Positions 28,652-37,762 of a stretch of DNA of 64,000 nt are shown piece after piece. The notes under the pieces were generated by a model. That model did no database searches. It saw nothing but the letters and a program-made list of their open reading frames with translations, and was not told the origin of the DNA. Source of the stretch: an uncultured Candidatus Saccharibacteria bacterium. Its GTDB lineage: Bacteria > Patescibacteriota > Minisyncoccia > UBA6257 > WO2-44-18. The DNA lies in contig CAZWVU010000002.1 in assembly GCA_964637575.1 (NCBI GenBank), forward strand, positions 18,824 to 82,823, given 5' to 3'. The position numbers were made by a program, and so were the translations under genes. Each line of letters begins with the position of its first letter. Position 1 is the first letter of the stretch.

Positions 28652-29080
28652 ATGATTCGAATTGCGAAAGCGAAAGTTTCCGAATCACAGGAAGTCCGGC
28701 TGCTTGAAAAAAGAGTGTGGCGCGAAGAGGTCACGAATAAATATGACATTCCGATGCTTGTCCGTTTTGGCTACGCGTACGTGGCAAAAGATAACGGCAC
28801 AATTATCGGCGCCATATTGGGATTCGCGGCACAAAATCAGGAAGTGTACATTTGCGATCTGGTGATCGATCCGAACTACCGGCGAATGGGCGTCGGCGAG
28901 AAGCTTTATAAAAAGTTTCTGGCGCGCACCAAAGGAAGAAACATCGTTTCATTCATTGACCCGGATAATACCGCATCTATTGCGCTCAACCTGAAGCTTG
29001 GCGCGAAAATTGTCCGCAAAATAAAAAATCCCTACGATCTTGGCAGGGGTTACCAATTATTCGTCAGGTTAAAAAACTAA
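28652..29080 (+). CDS. GNAT family N-acetyltransferase
   Basis: 142 aa; acetyl-CoA motif ...YRRMGVGEKLYKKFL... Confidence 0.75.
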   Translation: MIRIAKAKVSESQEVRLLEKRVWREEVTNKYDIPMLVRFGYAYVAKDNGTIIGAILGFAAQNQEVYICDLVIDPNYRRMGVGEKLYKKFLARTKGRNIVSFIDPDNTASIALNLKLGAKIVRKIKNPYDLGRGYQLFVRLKN

Positions 29081-29106
29081 CCGCCGCTGCCGGCGGTTTT
29101 TATTTA
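29081..29106 (+). terminator. rho-independent terminator
   Basis: ccgccg-ctgc-cggcgg + TTTTTA. Confidence 0.65.
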
Positions 29107-29183
29107 TATGATGGAAAATGCGAGGTTGCGTGTTTTGAGGGAATATCTCGGAGCTTTCTTCTTTTAAAAATAAGAGCGAAGTT

Positions 29184-29243
29184 TTCTGCTTCTTCCCGCA
29201 GACAGGATTGTAGCCCGACGTCCTGTCGAGGAGAAGAACAGAA
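29184..29243 (-). repeat. structured repeat family 1, copy 2 (reverse orientation)
   Basis: reverse complement reads TTCTGTTCTTC-TCCTCGACAGGACGTCGGGCTACAATCCTGTCTGCGGGAAG-AAGCAGAA; between convergent GNAT and ychF genes. Confidence 0.8.
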
Positions 29244-29256
29244 GACGAGCGAATCC

Positions 29257-30267
29257 TTATCCGTGGCGGATCTCCATAACATCACCGTCGGCGACAACAT
29301 AATCCTTGCCTTCCAGGCGGAGCCAACCCTTCTGTTTGGCGGCGGACCAGGAGCCGGCCTCAAGTAACTTCTGCCAGTTGATGACTTCGGCGCGGATGAA
29401 CTTCTTTTCAAAATCGGTGTGAATAGCTCCGGCGGCCTGCGGCGCTTTGGAACCCTGCTTGATCGTCCAGGCGCGCGTCTCGTCCTCGCCCGTCGTGAAG
29501 AAACTGATCAAACCTAAAATTTCGTAGGCCTTTTTTACCAGCTCCGGCACATTTTCTGAAGCAGAAAGATCCGCCACCACATAATCCGCGCCGATCTCGG
29601 CAATTTTCTTTTTCAGCACATCGGAAACATCGGCGGGAGTACCGTTCAGGAAATATACCTGCTTCTTACTCATCAGCAGATTCATCTCGCGGATCTTCGG
29701 ATTATCAAGAGCCGCGGCGAACGCCGGCGCGTTGATCGGTTTGCCGGCTTCCAGTACCGGCTTGAGTACCTTAATCGCCTCCATCGCTTTGACGGCGTCC
29801 TTAATGCCGGACTTCGCCTCCCCTTCCAGTTTTTTTGCCGTACGCTCCACGCTTTCCAGATCTTTCAAGGCAAGTTCCATATTGATGATGTCCATATCGC
29901 GGACCGGATCCACGGAATTTTCCACGTGAATAATCTCTTCGCCGCCGAAGACTCTTAGCACCATCACCACCGCGTCAGTCTCGCGGATGTGGGTAAGAAA
30001 CTGGTTGCCAAGTCCCTCGCCTTTGTTGGCACCCTTTACCAGGCCGGCGATATCGTAAAACTCCACGATCGCGGGGATCACTTTTTTGGACTTGGACATC
30101 GCCGCCAGCTTGTCCAGCCGCTCGTCGGGTACGCTGACCACGCCCACGTTCGGATCGATCGTCGCAAACGGATAATTGGCAATATTCACGTCGTTTTTCG
30201 TGAGCGCTTTGAACAGCGTGGATTTGCCGACGTTGGGCAGACCGACGATCCCGATGGAGAGTTTCAT
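29257..30267 (-). CDS. ychF: ribosome-binding ATPase YchF (Obg-like GTPase family)
   Basis: MKLSIGIVGLPNVGKSTLFKALT, NYPFATIDPNVG, TGS C-terminal domain; start at internal ATG 30267. Confidence 0.9.
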   Translation of the reverse strand: MKLSIGIVGLPNVGKSTLFKALTKNDVNIANYPFATIDPNVGVVSVPDERLDKLAAMSKSKKVIPAIVEFYDIAGLVKGANKGEGLGNQFLTHIRETDAVVMVLRVFGGEEIIHVENSVDPVRDMDIINMELALKDLESVERTAKKLEGEAKSGIKDAVKAMEAIKVLKPVLEAGKPINAPAFAAALDNPKIREMNLLMSKKQVYFLNGTPADVSDVLKKKIAEIGADYVVADLSASENVPELVKKAYEILGLISFFTTGEDETRAWTIKQGSKAPQAAGAIHTDFEKKFIRAEVINWQKLLEAGSWSAAKQKGWLRLEGKDYVVADGDVMEIRHG

Positions 30268-30310
30268 ATTGAACCAATCATAAATAAAAAAGGCGCTTTT
30301 GGAAAGCGCC

Positions 30311-30469
30311 CTACTGCGCATACTCCACGGCTGCGCTCAAGTGATGCTGGTGCAACAGATGGACGAATCCCAATGTAATTATCGCAACCAGCGCGACCAC
30401 CAGAGCGAATGCCGTGATTACCAAGATGACCTTCCCGGCCAGGTAGCACCACTCAAGCATCGGATTCAT
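30311..30469 (-). CDS. possible small hydrophobic peptide (52 aa) upstream of ychF
   Basis: Own translation: MNPMLEWCYLAGKVILVITAFALVVALVAIITLGFVHLLHQHHLSAAVEYAQ; below the 60-aa cutoff of the ORF track; no clear RBS. Confidence 0.2.
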   Translation of the reverse strand: MNPMLEWCYLAGKVILVITAFALVVALVAIITLGFVHLLHQHHLSAAVEYAQ

Positions 30470-30543
30470 ATACCGCCCTCAGAACTTGTTAAATCCTATA
30501 TTTTTTAACATAATTTGTCCAGGACATTAAAAGGAGAACTGGG

Positions 30544-31680
30544 ATGGAAATACACAGAATCGCGCTCGCGGGCAGTGACTGCAGCGGGAAATCCTCGGCG
30601 GAACCGTTCCTGCGCGAAGCGCTGAAAAAGCTTGGCTACTACGTAGTATTCGTGCCGGAAGGCGCCACGCGGGTCATTCTTCAGTACGGCTTGAACCCCG
30701 GAGAAATGCGGCGGCTGGATCCGGCGCGCTATTACCAATTTCAGAAACTGATCGTGCAGACTCATCTCCGCGAGGAGCAGCTGGCGATCGAACACGCCCA
30801 GCGCTTCGCGGACTGCGACAAGATTGTCGTCATCTACGACCGCGGCGTGATGGACGCCAAAGCCTACATGGACACGGAAGATTTCCACCGGCTGGTGCAT
30901 GAGCTCGGGCACACCGTCATGGGAGTACGCGACGGACTCTACGACCTCGTCTGCCATCTGGTGACTGCCGCGGATGGAGCGTTGGAGGCCTATGAAAAGG
31001 CCGTCCGGAATAATCCGGCAAGGAGAGGACGTTCGGCGGCTGACGCGATTCAGATCGACCGGCTGATCAAACATGCCTGGCTCGGCCATCCGCACTACCG
31101 CATCATCGATAACTCCAGCGATTTTGACGGCAAGATGCAACGTCTGCTTGAGGTAATAAAGAAAGAACTGGGTGTCCCGGAGCGGATTGAAATGGAACGG
31201 AAATTTCTTGTACATGCCCCGCCGGATATTTCCCGCGTTCCCGTGCCGCGCGTTCCGATCGGCATCTTTCAGTCGTATATTCTCGGTGAAGAGCGGATGC
31301 GGGCGCGTATGTGCAGTCAGGACGGGGAGGGAATGCTCTACTACCAGACACGCAAGATTCCCACCGCCTCCCCCATTTCCGCGGTGGAGCTGGAGGACCG
31401 GATTACCGCCGGGGAATACTGGCGGCTGATCCGGAACCGCGACCCGGAACTGGAAGAAATCTGCAAAACGCGCCATTATTTCATCCACGAAAACCAGTAC
31501 TTTGAACTCGACGAATTCCTGTATCCCGAGCGGCTGAAGGGACTCTGGATTCTGGAAATTGAACTCACCAACGAAACCGACCCGGTAATACTCCCCGGCT
31601 GGCTCGGCCCGATGACCGAAGTTTCCACCGATAAGCGGTACAAGAACCGCGTGCTCGCGAGAAAACCGAACACCGCCTAA
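30544..31680 (+). CDS. fusion protein: N-terminal P-loop NTPase/kinase domain + C-terminal CYTH (triphosphate tunnel metalloenzyme) domain
   Basis: IALAGSDCSGKSS Walker A; C-terminal half opens ...RIEMERKFLV... (ExExK CYTH signature); RBS aaggagaactggg. Confidence 0.65.
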   Translation: MEIHRIALAGSDCSGKSSAEPFLREALKKLGYYVVFVPEGATRVILQYGLNPGEMRRLDPARYYQFQKLIVQTHLREEQLAIEHAQRFADCDKIVVIYDRGVMDAKAYMDTEDFHRLVHELGHTVMGVRDGLYDLVCHLVTAADGALEAYEKAVRNNPARRGRSAADAIQIDRLIKHAWLGHPHYRIIDNSSDFDGKMQRLLEVIKKELGVPERIEMERKFLVHAPPDISRVPVPRVPIGIFQSYILGEERMRARMCSQDGEGMLYYQTRKIPTASPISAVELEDRITAGEYWRLIRNRDPELEEICKTRHYFIHENQYFELDEFLYPERLKGLWILEIELTNETDPVILPGWLGPMTEVSTDKRYKNRVLARKPNTA

Positions 31681-31693
31681 GGCGGTGTTTTTT
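31670..31693 (+). terminator. rho-independent terminator (stop codon in loop) followed by conserved promoter-like motif
   Basis: caccgcc-taa-ggcggtg + TTTTTT; then ...ttttttAGTACTCTAAGCTCGG. Confidence 0.65.
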
Positions 31694-31752
31694 AGTTGCC
31701 AAAACCGCAATTTTTTAGTACTCTAAGCTCGGTTCGTTAAGAAAGGATTGCT

Positions 31753-33039
31753 ATGAAGCAGGCAGTGCTCGTCGATGGCGTGCGGACGCCGTTTATCAAA
31801 GCGGGTTCGTCCACAAAGCTGAGAGCGAAATGGTTTGGCTCTCTTCCCGTGCTCGAGCTGATGGAGCGTTATGACGCGCTCCGCACCAGCATTGATTCGG
31901 TGGTCGGCGCCAACATCGGCAACCAGATACTTCCGCCCGACGGCTCCAACATTGCGCGCATCATCGCGATTTGTTGCAACATTCCCCAGGAAGTGGATGC
32001 GCGGACGCTCAATATCAACTGCGGGAGCGGCCTTGAGGCCGTGATCGACGCCGCGATGCGCGTGGAGGTCGGCATGGCGAAGTGCGTGCTCGTGACCGCG
32101 GTGGAAGTGATGTCCGATTACACGGCCGCGTACGGACGCGAACAGCGGCAAAAGTTTGCCGAACTGAACACGCTCGCCCGCGCAAAGACGCCAATGTGGA
32201 GGAAAGGTCCCGGACTCGCCCTGAAAGCCGCGGGCGTCCGGGCAATGAAGCACGATCCGCAGTGGCTGATCAAGCTCGGCCTGACCGACCCGATGTCCGG
32301 CCTCGGCATGGACAAGATCGCCGACGCCATCGCCAAAGAATTCCAGATTTCCCGCAAGGAACTGGATCTCTACGCGCTGGAATCCCAGCGGCGGGCAACC
32401 CAAGCCCAAAAGTCGGGACGTTTGGCGAAAGAGATGCTGCATGCAAGCATCTGCACGGAACTGCACCTGCCGGAGCATGACAATGGCATCCGCGATGGCC
32501 AGACGCTGGAACAGCTCGCGAAACTCCGGCCGCTCAATGAAGGCGGTGTGACCACTCCCGGAAATTCTTCACAGGTTTCCGACGGCGCGGTCGCGCTCAT
32601 CATCGCGGATGAAGAGTTCGCCAAAGCCCAGGGATGGCCGGCGCTTGCCCGGGTAGGTTCGGCGCGGTCGGCCGTGGCCGGATGCGAGCCGTCCATGATG
32701 GGACTTGGTCCCGTCGCGGCGATCAAGAAATTGCTCTGCAAATTCGGCCGGACACCCCTGACTGCCTTTGACGTCATTGAAACCAATGAAGCATTCGCGT
32801 CAGTCGTGCTCGCTCAGAGCCGGCTTTTGGAAAAAGAAGGGATCGGTCCCCTCCCGATGGAGCAGACCAACGTCAACGGCGGCGCCATCGCCATCGGCCA
32901 CCCGGTCGGTGCCAGCGGCGCCCGCCTGGCGCTTACGGCGGCGCGGGAGCTCAAGGAGCGCAATAAGAAGTTCGCACTTGTGACGCTCTGCGTCGGCGGC
33001 GGCCAGGGCGTCGCCGCGATCCTCGAAAACGTCAGTTAA
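31753..33039 (+). CDS. acetyl-CoA C-acyltransferase (thiolase)
   Basis: 428 aa; NINCGSGLEAV (active-site Cys region), C-terminal GHPVGASGARL / LCVGGGQG thiolase signatures. Confidence 0.88.
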   Translation: MKQAVLVDGVRTPFIKAGSSTKLRAKWFGSLPVLELMERYDALRTSIDSVVGANIGNQILPPDGSNIARIIAICCNIPQEVDARTLNINCGSGLEAVIDAAMRVEVGMAKCVLVTAVEVMSDYTAAYGREQRQKFAELNTLARAKTPMWRKGPGLALKAAGVRAMKHDPQWLIKLGLTDPMSGLGMDKIADAIAKEFQISRKELDLYALESQRRATQAQKSGRLAKEMLHASICTELHLPEHDNGIRDGQTLEQLAKLRPLNEGGVTTPGNSSQVSDGAVALIIADEEFAKAQGWPALARVGSARSAVAGCEPSMMGLGPVAAIKKLLCKFGRTPLTAFDVIETNEAFASVVLAQSRLLEKEGIGPLPMEQTNVNGGAIAIGHPVGASGARLALTAARELKERNKKFALVTLCVGGGQGVAAILENVS

Positions 33040-33051
33040 ATTCATCCAAAA

Positions 33052-33077
33052 CCAGTGGACAACCCACTGGTTTTTTT
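33052..33077 (+). terminator. rho-independent terminator after thiolase
   Basis: ccagtgg-acaa-cccactgg + TTTTTTT. Confidence 0.7.
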
Positions 33078-33092
33078 GTACTATATCGGCGG
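33071..33092 (+). promoter_or_regulatory. conserved promoter/operator-like motif TTTTTTTGTACTATATCGGCGG
   Basis: Near-identical motif at 35229-35250 (TTTTTTTGTACTATAGCGTCGG), related one at 31688-31709; each directly after a terminator and ~30-45 nt before a beta-oxidation gene. Confidence 0.5.
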
Positions 33093-33110
33093 TACATTCA
33101 GAGGAGATTT

Positions 33111-35199
33111 TATGAAATTCTGGAAGGCGGAGATCGACAACGCGGAGCACGCGGTGCTCACGCTGGACCTCGGTCCGGAGGAAAAGCAGAACAAGCTGCG
33201 GGTGGGAGCGATCGAGGAGCTTGATGAATTTCTCAAGTCCAACATCCTGAATTCGCTCGTGATCTGCTCGGCCAAGCCGGACAGTTTCTGTGCCGGCGCC
33301 GACATCGAGGAAATCCGGGAAGCATTCCGGCACCCCGAAGAAGTCAACGCGCTTTTTGCCCGGATTGACAGTATCGCCGATCGTCTTCTCAACGCCCCGT
33401 TCCCTTCTGTCGCCGCGATCAGCGGTGCCACATTGGGAGGCGGCCTTGAACTGGCGATGATGTGCACCGAGCGGATCGCCGTGGATACGCCGAAGACGGT
33501 TTTCGGCCTGCCCGAGACGTCGCTCGGCATCATTCCCGGATTCGGCGGCACGCAAACCTTGCCCCGGATCGTGGGGCTGCGGAAAGCTGCGGAAATTATT
33601 CTCGGCGGGGCTTTCAAAAAGCTTTCGGCCAAGGATGCATTGAAATGCGGCCTGATCTCAAAGATCGTCAACTTCCCCAGCACGTTGCTGGAAAGCGCCA
33701 GGGAACGCGTCCGGCATCTCGGATCGTCCGGGTATCGAAATGGCGCAAGACATACCCCCGGCATTGAAAAGATTCCCTTCTTCGGCCGCCGGATGATTCT
33801 GAAAGGTGCCAAAACGCAGACGCTCCGCCTGACAAAAGGCGTCTATCCGGCGCCGTTGAAAGCGATTGAGGCGATGCGCAAAAGTGCCTGCAGTTTCAGT
33901 ACTGGACTGGCCAACGAACACCGGCTTTTCAAGGAATGCCTGAGAACGGATGAGGCGAAAAGCCTGATCAGTCTCTACTTCCTTCGGGAAGAAGCGCGGT
34001 CAAAGAAATGGGTGGATGCACCGCCGCAGGCTCCGCCGAAACGGCTGGGCGTGATCGGCGCCGGAAACAAAGGTCAGGGCATGGGCAAAGGAATCGCCTA
34101 TGCCGCAATCTCGGCCGGCATCCCGACCCTCCTTCACGACGTGAGCCCTGACAATCTCCATGATGCCGTCGTGCTTATTGGAAAATCGTTGATGGCCGAA
34201 GTGAAGAAGGGCAAACTGACGGCAGATCAGGCGAATGCGCGGCTCGGACTCCTCTCCTGGAGCTATGGCACGCGCTACGAAAGTTTCCCCGGCTGCGATT
34301 TCGTGATCGAGGCGATCACCGAAAACCTGCAGTGGAAACATGATCTGCTCGGAACGCTCGGGCTTATGCTTCCGGAGTCAACGGTGGTTGTCACCAACAC
34401 CTCTTCCCTGCTTCCGAGCGAAGTGGGCAAGTCGTTCCCGTGGAAAGAGAGTTTCGCGGCGATGCATTTCTTCAATCCGGCAGAGAAGATGGAGCTGGTG
34501 GAAATCGCCGGCACGCCGGACACGAAACCGGAGACGATCGCAAGAGCGCTGACGCTTACCAGAATGCTCGGCAAGACCCCGGTCGTCCTGGACAAGGAAT
34601 GCGCGGGACTCGTGGTCAACCGGATCCTGCTCCGCGGCGTCGGCCGTGCATTCACGGAAACCTTCCGCCACGGCGTGAATCCCTGGCTGATCGACGAAGC
34701 ACTGGAACATACCGGCTGCGCGATGGGCCCGTTCAAAACATCGGACCAGGTCGGATTCGACACGGCCGCCCACGTCCTGAAGATCATGTCCGAATGCTAT
34801 CCGGCAAACTATCCGGAAACGATCAAGGACCTGAACCTGGCCGGCAATAAAAACGTGCTGGGCAAAAAGACCGGCCGCGGGTTCTACTTTTGGAAGGACG
34901 ACAAAGTCCTCAAACCGAACGCCGACATTTTCTCCGACCTCCAGATACCCTTCGACCGGCAGAACATCGAGGCCACTGCTGCGTTTGCCGCAACCGAAGT
35001 GATGGTTGAAATGCGGCGGGAAGCGCTCGACCTGATCAGCGAAGGCGTCCTGAAATCCGGCGATATGATCGATCTCGCGATGATCCTCGGCGCCGGCATC
35101 TGTCCGAACCACCGCGGCATCCTCGGCCTGCGGGAAAAAGTGGAACTGCCGAAGCTCTCCGAATCCGAGGAGCTCGACCTCCGCAAGCTCTCACCATAA
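33111..35199 (+). CDS. bifunctional enoyl-CoA hydratase / 3-hydroxyacyl-CoA dehydrogenase (FadB/FadJ-like)
   Basis: Crotonase motifs (CAGADI, GGGLELAM, GLPETSLGIIPGFGGTQ) then NAD-binding GVIGAGNKGQGMG; start at MKFWKAE (ATG 33111, RBS ggagga). Confidence 0.85.
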
Positions 35200-35207
35200 A
35201 ACCCAAA

Positions 35208-35235
35208 CCGCACTTTACATAAGTGCGGTTTTTTT
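35208..35235 (+). terminator. rho-independent terminator after fadB-like gene
   Basis: ccgcactt-tacat-aagtgcgg + TTTTTTT, immediately followed by GTACTATAGCGTCGG motif. Confidence 0.7.
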
Positions 35236-35281
35236 GTACTATAGCGTCGGAACTTTCACATCTCATTTTTGGAGGAAATGT

Positions 35282-37363
35282 ATGGGACTCGATGTCGGAA
35301 AGCAGTTGGGTGCCGGCGCCGCGATTGCCGAGGAAACCCGTGGTAATGAGCGGTTGTCCGGTCTGATGGCCAAACTCTTCAAGGGAAAACTGGATATGAA
35401 CCAGCTTTTCCGATGGAAAGAAAGGGAACGACCGGAAAATCCGAATGTCGCGAAGATGTGCGCGAAGCTCGCGCAGTTTCTGATCCACGATGTGGACGCG
35501 GAATTGATCGAGCGGACGCACGCGATTCCACCCCCGGTGGTGAAGTGGCTCTGTGACAACAACTATTTCGGCCTCAAAATTCCGGAAGAGTACGGCGGCA
35601 TGGGATTCGCCCAGTCGGAGTATATGAAAGTGCTCCAGCTCGCCGCTACCTACTCGGGAGCCATCGTGGCGCTCCTTTCGGCGTCGAATACGATCGGCGC
35701 CGGCTGGCCGGTGATGGCCTATGGATCGCCGAAACAAAAAAATAAGTGGCTGCCCATGCTCGCGAAGTGTCCGTCGGCGTTCGCCTTTACCGAGGAGAAG
35801 GCCGGCTCGGATCCTTCTGCGATGGAGACGGTGGCAATCCGGGTCTACGAGGATCCAAAAGCCCCTGAGCCGTATGAGTGGGAAATGGAAAGGCCAAGGG
35901 CCATTGGCTATCGCCTTTACGGCCGGAAGTGGTGGACCACCAACGGTCCTTCCAGCGCCGCCGCCTTCATCTCGCCGGTGATCATTGTGATCGCGAAGAT
36001 CGTGAACGAACCGGACGAGCTGAAGATGAACGCCGGAAACAAGGATTACAAACCCTGCTTCGGCGCCTTCATCGTCCCGACCAATGCCGAAGGAATCAAG
36101 ATTGTTCAACGCTGCGAGTTCGCCGGGCTTCATGGCATCTACAATGGCATCACTGATTTCGAGAACTGCTACGTTCCGCGTGAGCAGCTGCTCGGCAAGA
36201 AGGTGGTGCGGCTTCATGAAGATGCCAGCGCATACCTAAACGCCCGGCAAAAGTTGGGTTACGAGCCCGATGCCGACGATGAAGTCGAAATGTTCTGCGA
36301 AGAAGGTTCGGGCTTCAAGATCGCGCTGGAAGCGCTGAACAGCGGGCGGATCACGCTCGCCGGTTCCTGCGTGGCGATGGCGAAGAACTGCGTCTCCGCC
36401 GGCAAGTGGTGGGGCAACACGCGATTCCAGTGGGGCAAACTCATCGGTCAGCATGAGGCGGTCGGCAGCGGCATTCTCGTGAATGACCTCGCCACCACCT
36501 TCGCGCTGGAAGCGATGATCTGGTACGCCGCTCTGCAAGCGGATGAGCACCGTGATTGCCGCATGGAAGCCGCCACCTGCAAGGTCCTGGCGTCCGAACG
36601 CGCCTATCAAATCGCCGACAATTTCCTGCAGATGCGCGGCGGACGCGGCTACGAAACCGCCGCATCGCTGGCACAGCGCGGCGAAGCGCCGCTGCCGGCG
36701 GAACGCTGGTGGCGCGACGCGCGCATCAACCGCATCTTTGAGGGAGAGTCCGGCACCCTGCTCCGCATGTTCGTCGTCCGCGAAGGGCTGAACGACTATA
36801 TGGAGCGCGGCAAGATCTTTTTTGAAAAGGATCACCGCTGGCAGAAATTGAAAACGGCCGCCGGATTCGGCATGGACCTCATGTCCAACCGGATCCCGGG
36901 TTCACTGGGCGCCATGCCTCATGTGCACACCCTGCTCAAGCCGCACCTCCGGTTCATTGAGAAGAGCGCCCGCCGGCTCGCCAACGCGATCATTCTCGCG
37001 TCGGGAAAGCACCGGCACAAGCTGCCCAACAAACAGCTGACGCTCCGCCGGATCTTCGAGATCGCCGCCGAGCTGTACGCCATGGCAACCGCCTGCTCGT
37101 ACGTCGCCTGGCTGAAGGAACACTTCGACCACGTGAACGAACACAATGCGGGGCTTTGGAATAACCGCTTCGCGCAGCTCGCGAATCTCTATTGCCTGGA
37201 AGCCCGGAAACGGGTTGAGCAGGAATTCGCGGCGCTTGCCTCCAACAGTGATGCCGAAGCCCGCGGGGTCGCGAAGGACCTTCTCGGGGGCGGCATGGAC
37301 GCCTGGGTCAAGGACAATATCGTTCCGACCGTGGACACCCTCGGCCTCGAAAGGAAAGAGTAA
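35282..37363 (+). CDS. acyl-CoA dehydrogenase (long form)
   Basis: 693 aa; ACAD N/middle/C domains (…GMGFAQSEYMKV…FAFTEEKAGSDPSAM…FEGESGTLLR…); start at MGLDVGKQ (ATG 35282, RBS ggagga). Confidence 0.85.
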   Translation: MGLDVGKQLGAGAAIAEETRGNERLSGLMAKLFKGKLDMNQLFRWKERERPENPNVAKMCAKLAQFLIHDVDAELIERTHAIPPPVVKWLCDNNYFGLKIPEEYGGMGFAQSEYMKVLQLAATYSGAIVALLSASNTIGAGWPVMAYGSPKQKNKWLPMLAKCPSAFAFTEEKAGSDPSAMETVAIRVYEDPKAPEPYEWEMERPRAIGYRLYGRKWWTTNGPSSAAAFISPVIIVIAKIVNEPDELKMNAGNKDYKPCFGAFIVPTNAEGIKIVQRCEFAGLHGIYNGITDFENCYVPREQLLGKKVVRLHEDASAYLNARQKLGYEPDADDEVEMFCEEGSGFKIALEALNSGRITLAGSCVAMAKNCVSAGKWWGNTRFQWGKLIGQHEAVGSGILVNDLATTFALEAMIWYAALQADEHRDCRMEAATCKVLASERAYQIADNFLQMRGGRGYETAASLAQRGEAPLPAERWWRDARINRIFEGESGTLLRMFVVREGLNDYMERGKIFFEKDHRWQKLKTAAGFGMDLMSNRIPGSLGAMPHVHTLLKPHLRFIEKSARRLANAIILASGKHRHKLPNKQLTLRRIFEIAAELYAMATACSYVAWLKEHFDHVNEHNAGLWNNRFAQLANLYCLEARKRVEQEFAALASNSDAEARGVAKDLLGGGMDAWVKDNIVPTVDTLGLERKE

Positions 37364-37370
37364 TACCCAA

Positions 37371-37398
37371 AGGACTGGTTAAAACCAGTCCTTTTTTA
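37371..37398. terminator. bidirectional terminator
   Basis: aggactggtt-aaa-accagtcct + TTTTTT; minus gene 37379..37741 ends within it. Confidence 0.65.
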
Positions 37399-37741
37399 AT
37401 TGTTCAAGAATATCATCCGGAATTGGTATCTGCTTGCCCGGTTTCGATTTTCCCGGATAGCGCCAGGCGGAGATCATGATCTTTTTCGGTCCGCCGAAGC
37501 GCGGCGTAATGCGGGCGCCCTCTTCCGTGGTTGCGTACATTACCCATATTTCTTCTTTACGTTTCGGCGTATCGTTCCGCTTCATCGCCGCGAGCGTGCT
37601 CGGCGCGACGCCCTCCTCTTTCCGGTCGGGAGTCTTCAGGATTGTCTTAATTTTCTGTTCGGAAATACGGTAAAACAGCATTTTGTTCTTAATGTGCGAC
37701 GTCCAGCGGTACTGGGAATCATTTTTAGGGAATTTGATCAC
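37379..37741 (-). CDS. hypothetical protein (120 aa)
   Basis: ORF with basic composition, no family recognised. Confidence 0.45.
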   Translation of the reverse strand: MIKFPKNDSQYRWTSHIKNKMLFYRISEQKIKTILKTPDRKEEGVAPSTLAAMKRNDTPKRKEEIWVMYATTEEGARITPRFGGPKKIMISAWRYPGKSKPGKQIPIPDDILEQLKKDWF

Positions 37742-37762
37742 GATTGAAGTATACTATAAATA

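Noticed and set aside
29100-29411. ORFs 29100..29411(-), 47181..47387(+) and 54741..55274(+) sharing the peptide SPRQDVGLQSCLRE
   Set aside because: The shared peptide is simply the translation of the family-1 repeat core. The ORFs otherwise lack RBSs, domains and conservation between copies. I treat them as non-coding repeat artefacts.
30299-30508. 69-aa + strand ORF between ychF and the NTPase-CYTH gene
   Set aside because: Hydrophilic, Gln/Cys/Arg-rich with no RBS. The opposite-strand 52-aa hydrophobic peptide (30311..30469) is a slightly better but still weak candidate. The region probably serves mainly as a divergent promoter.
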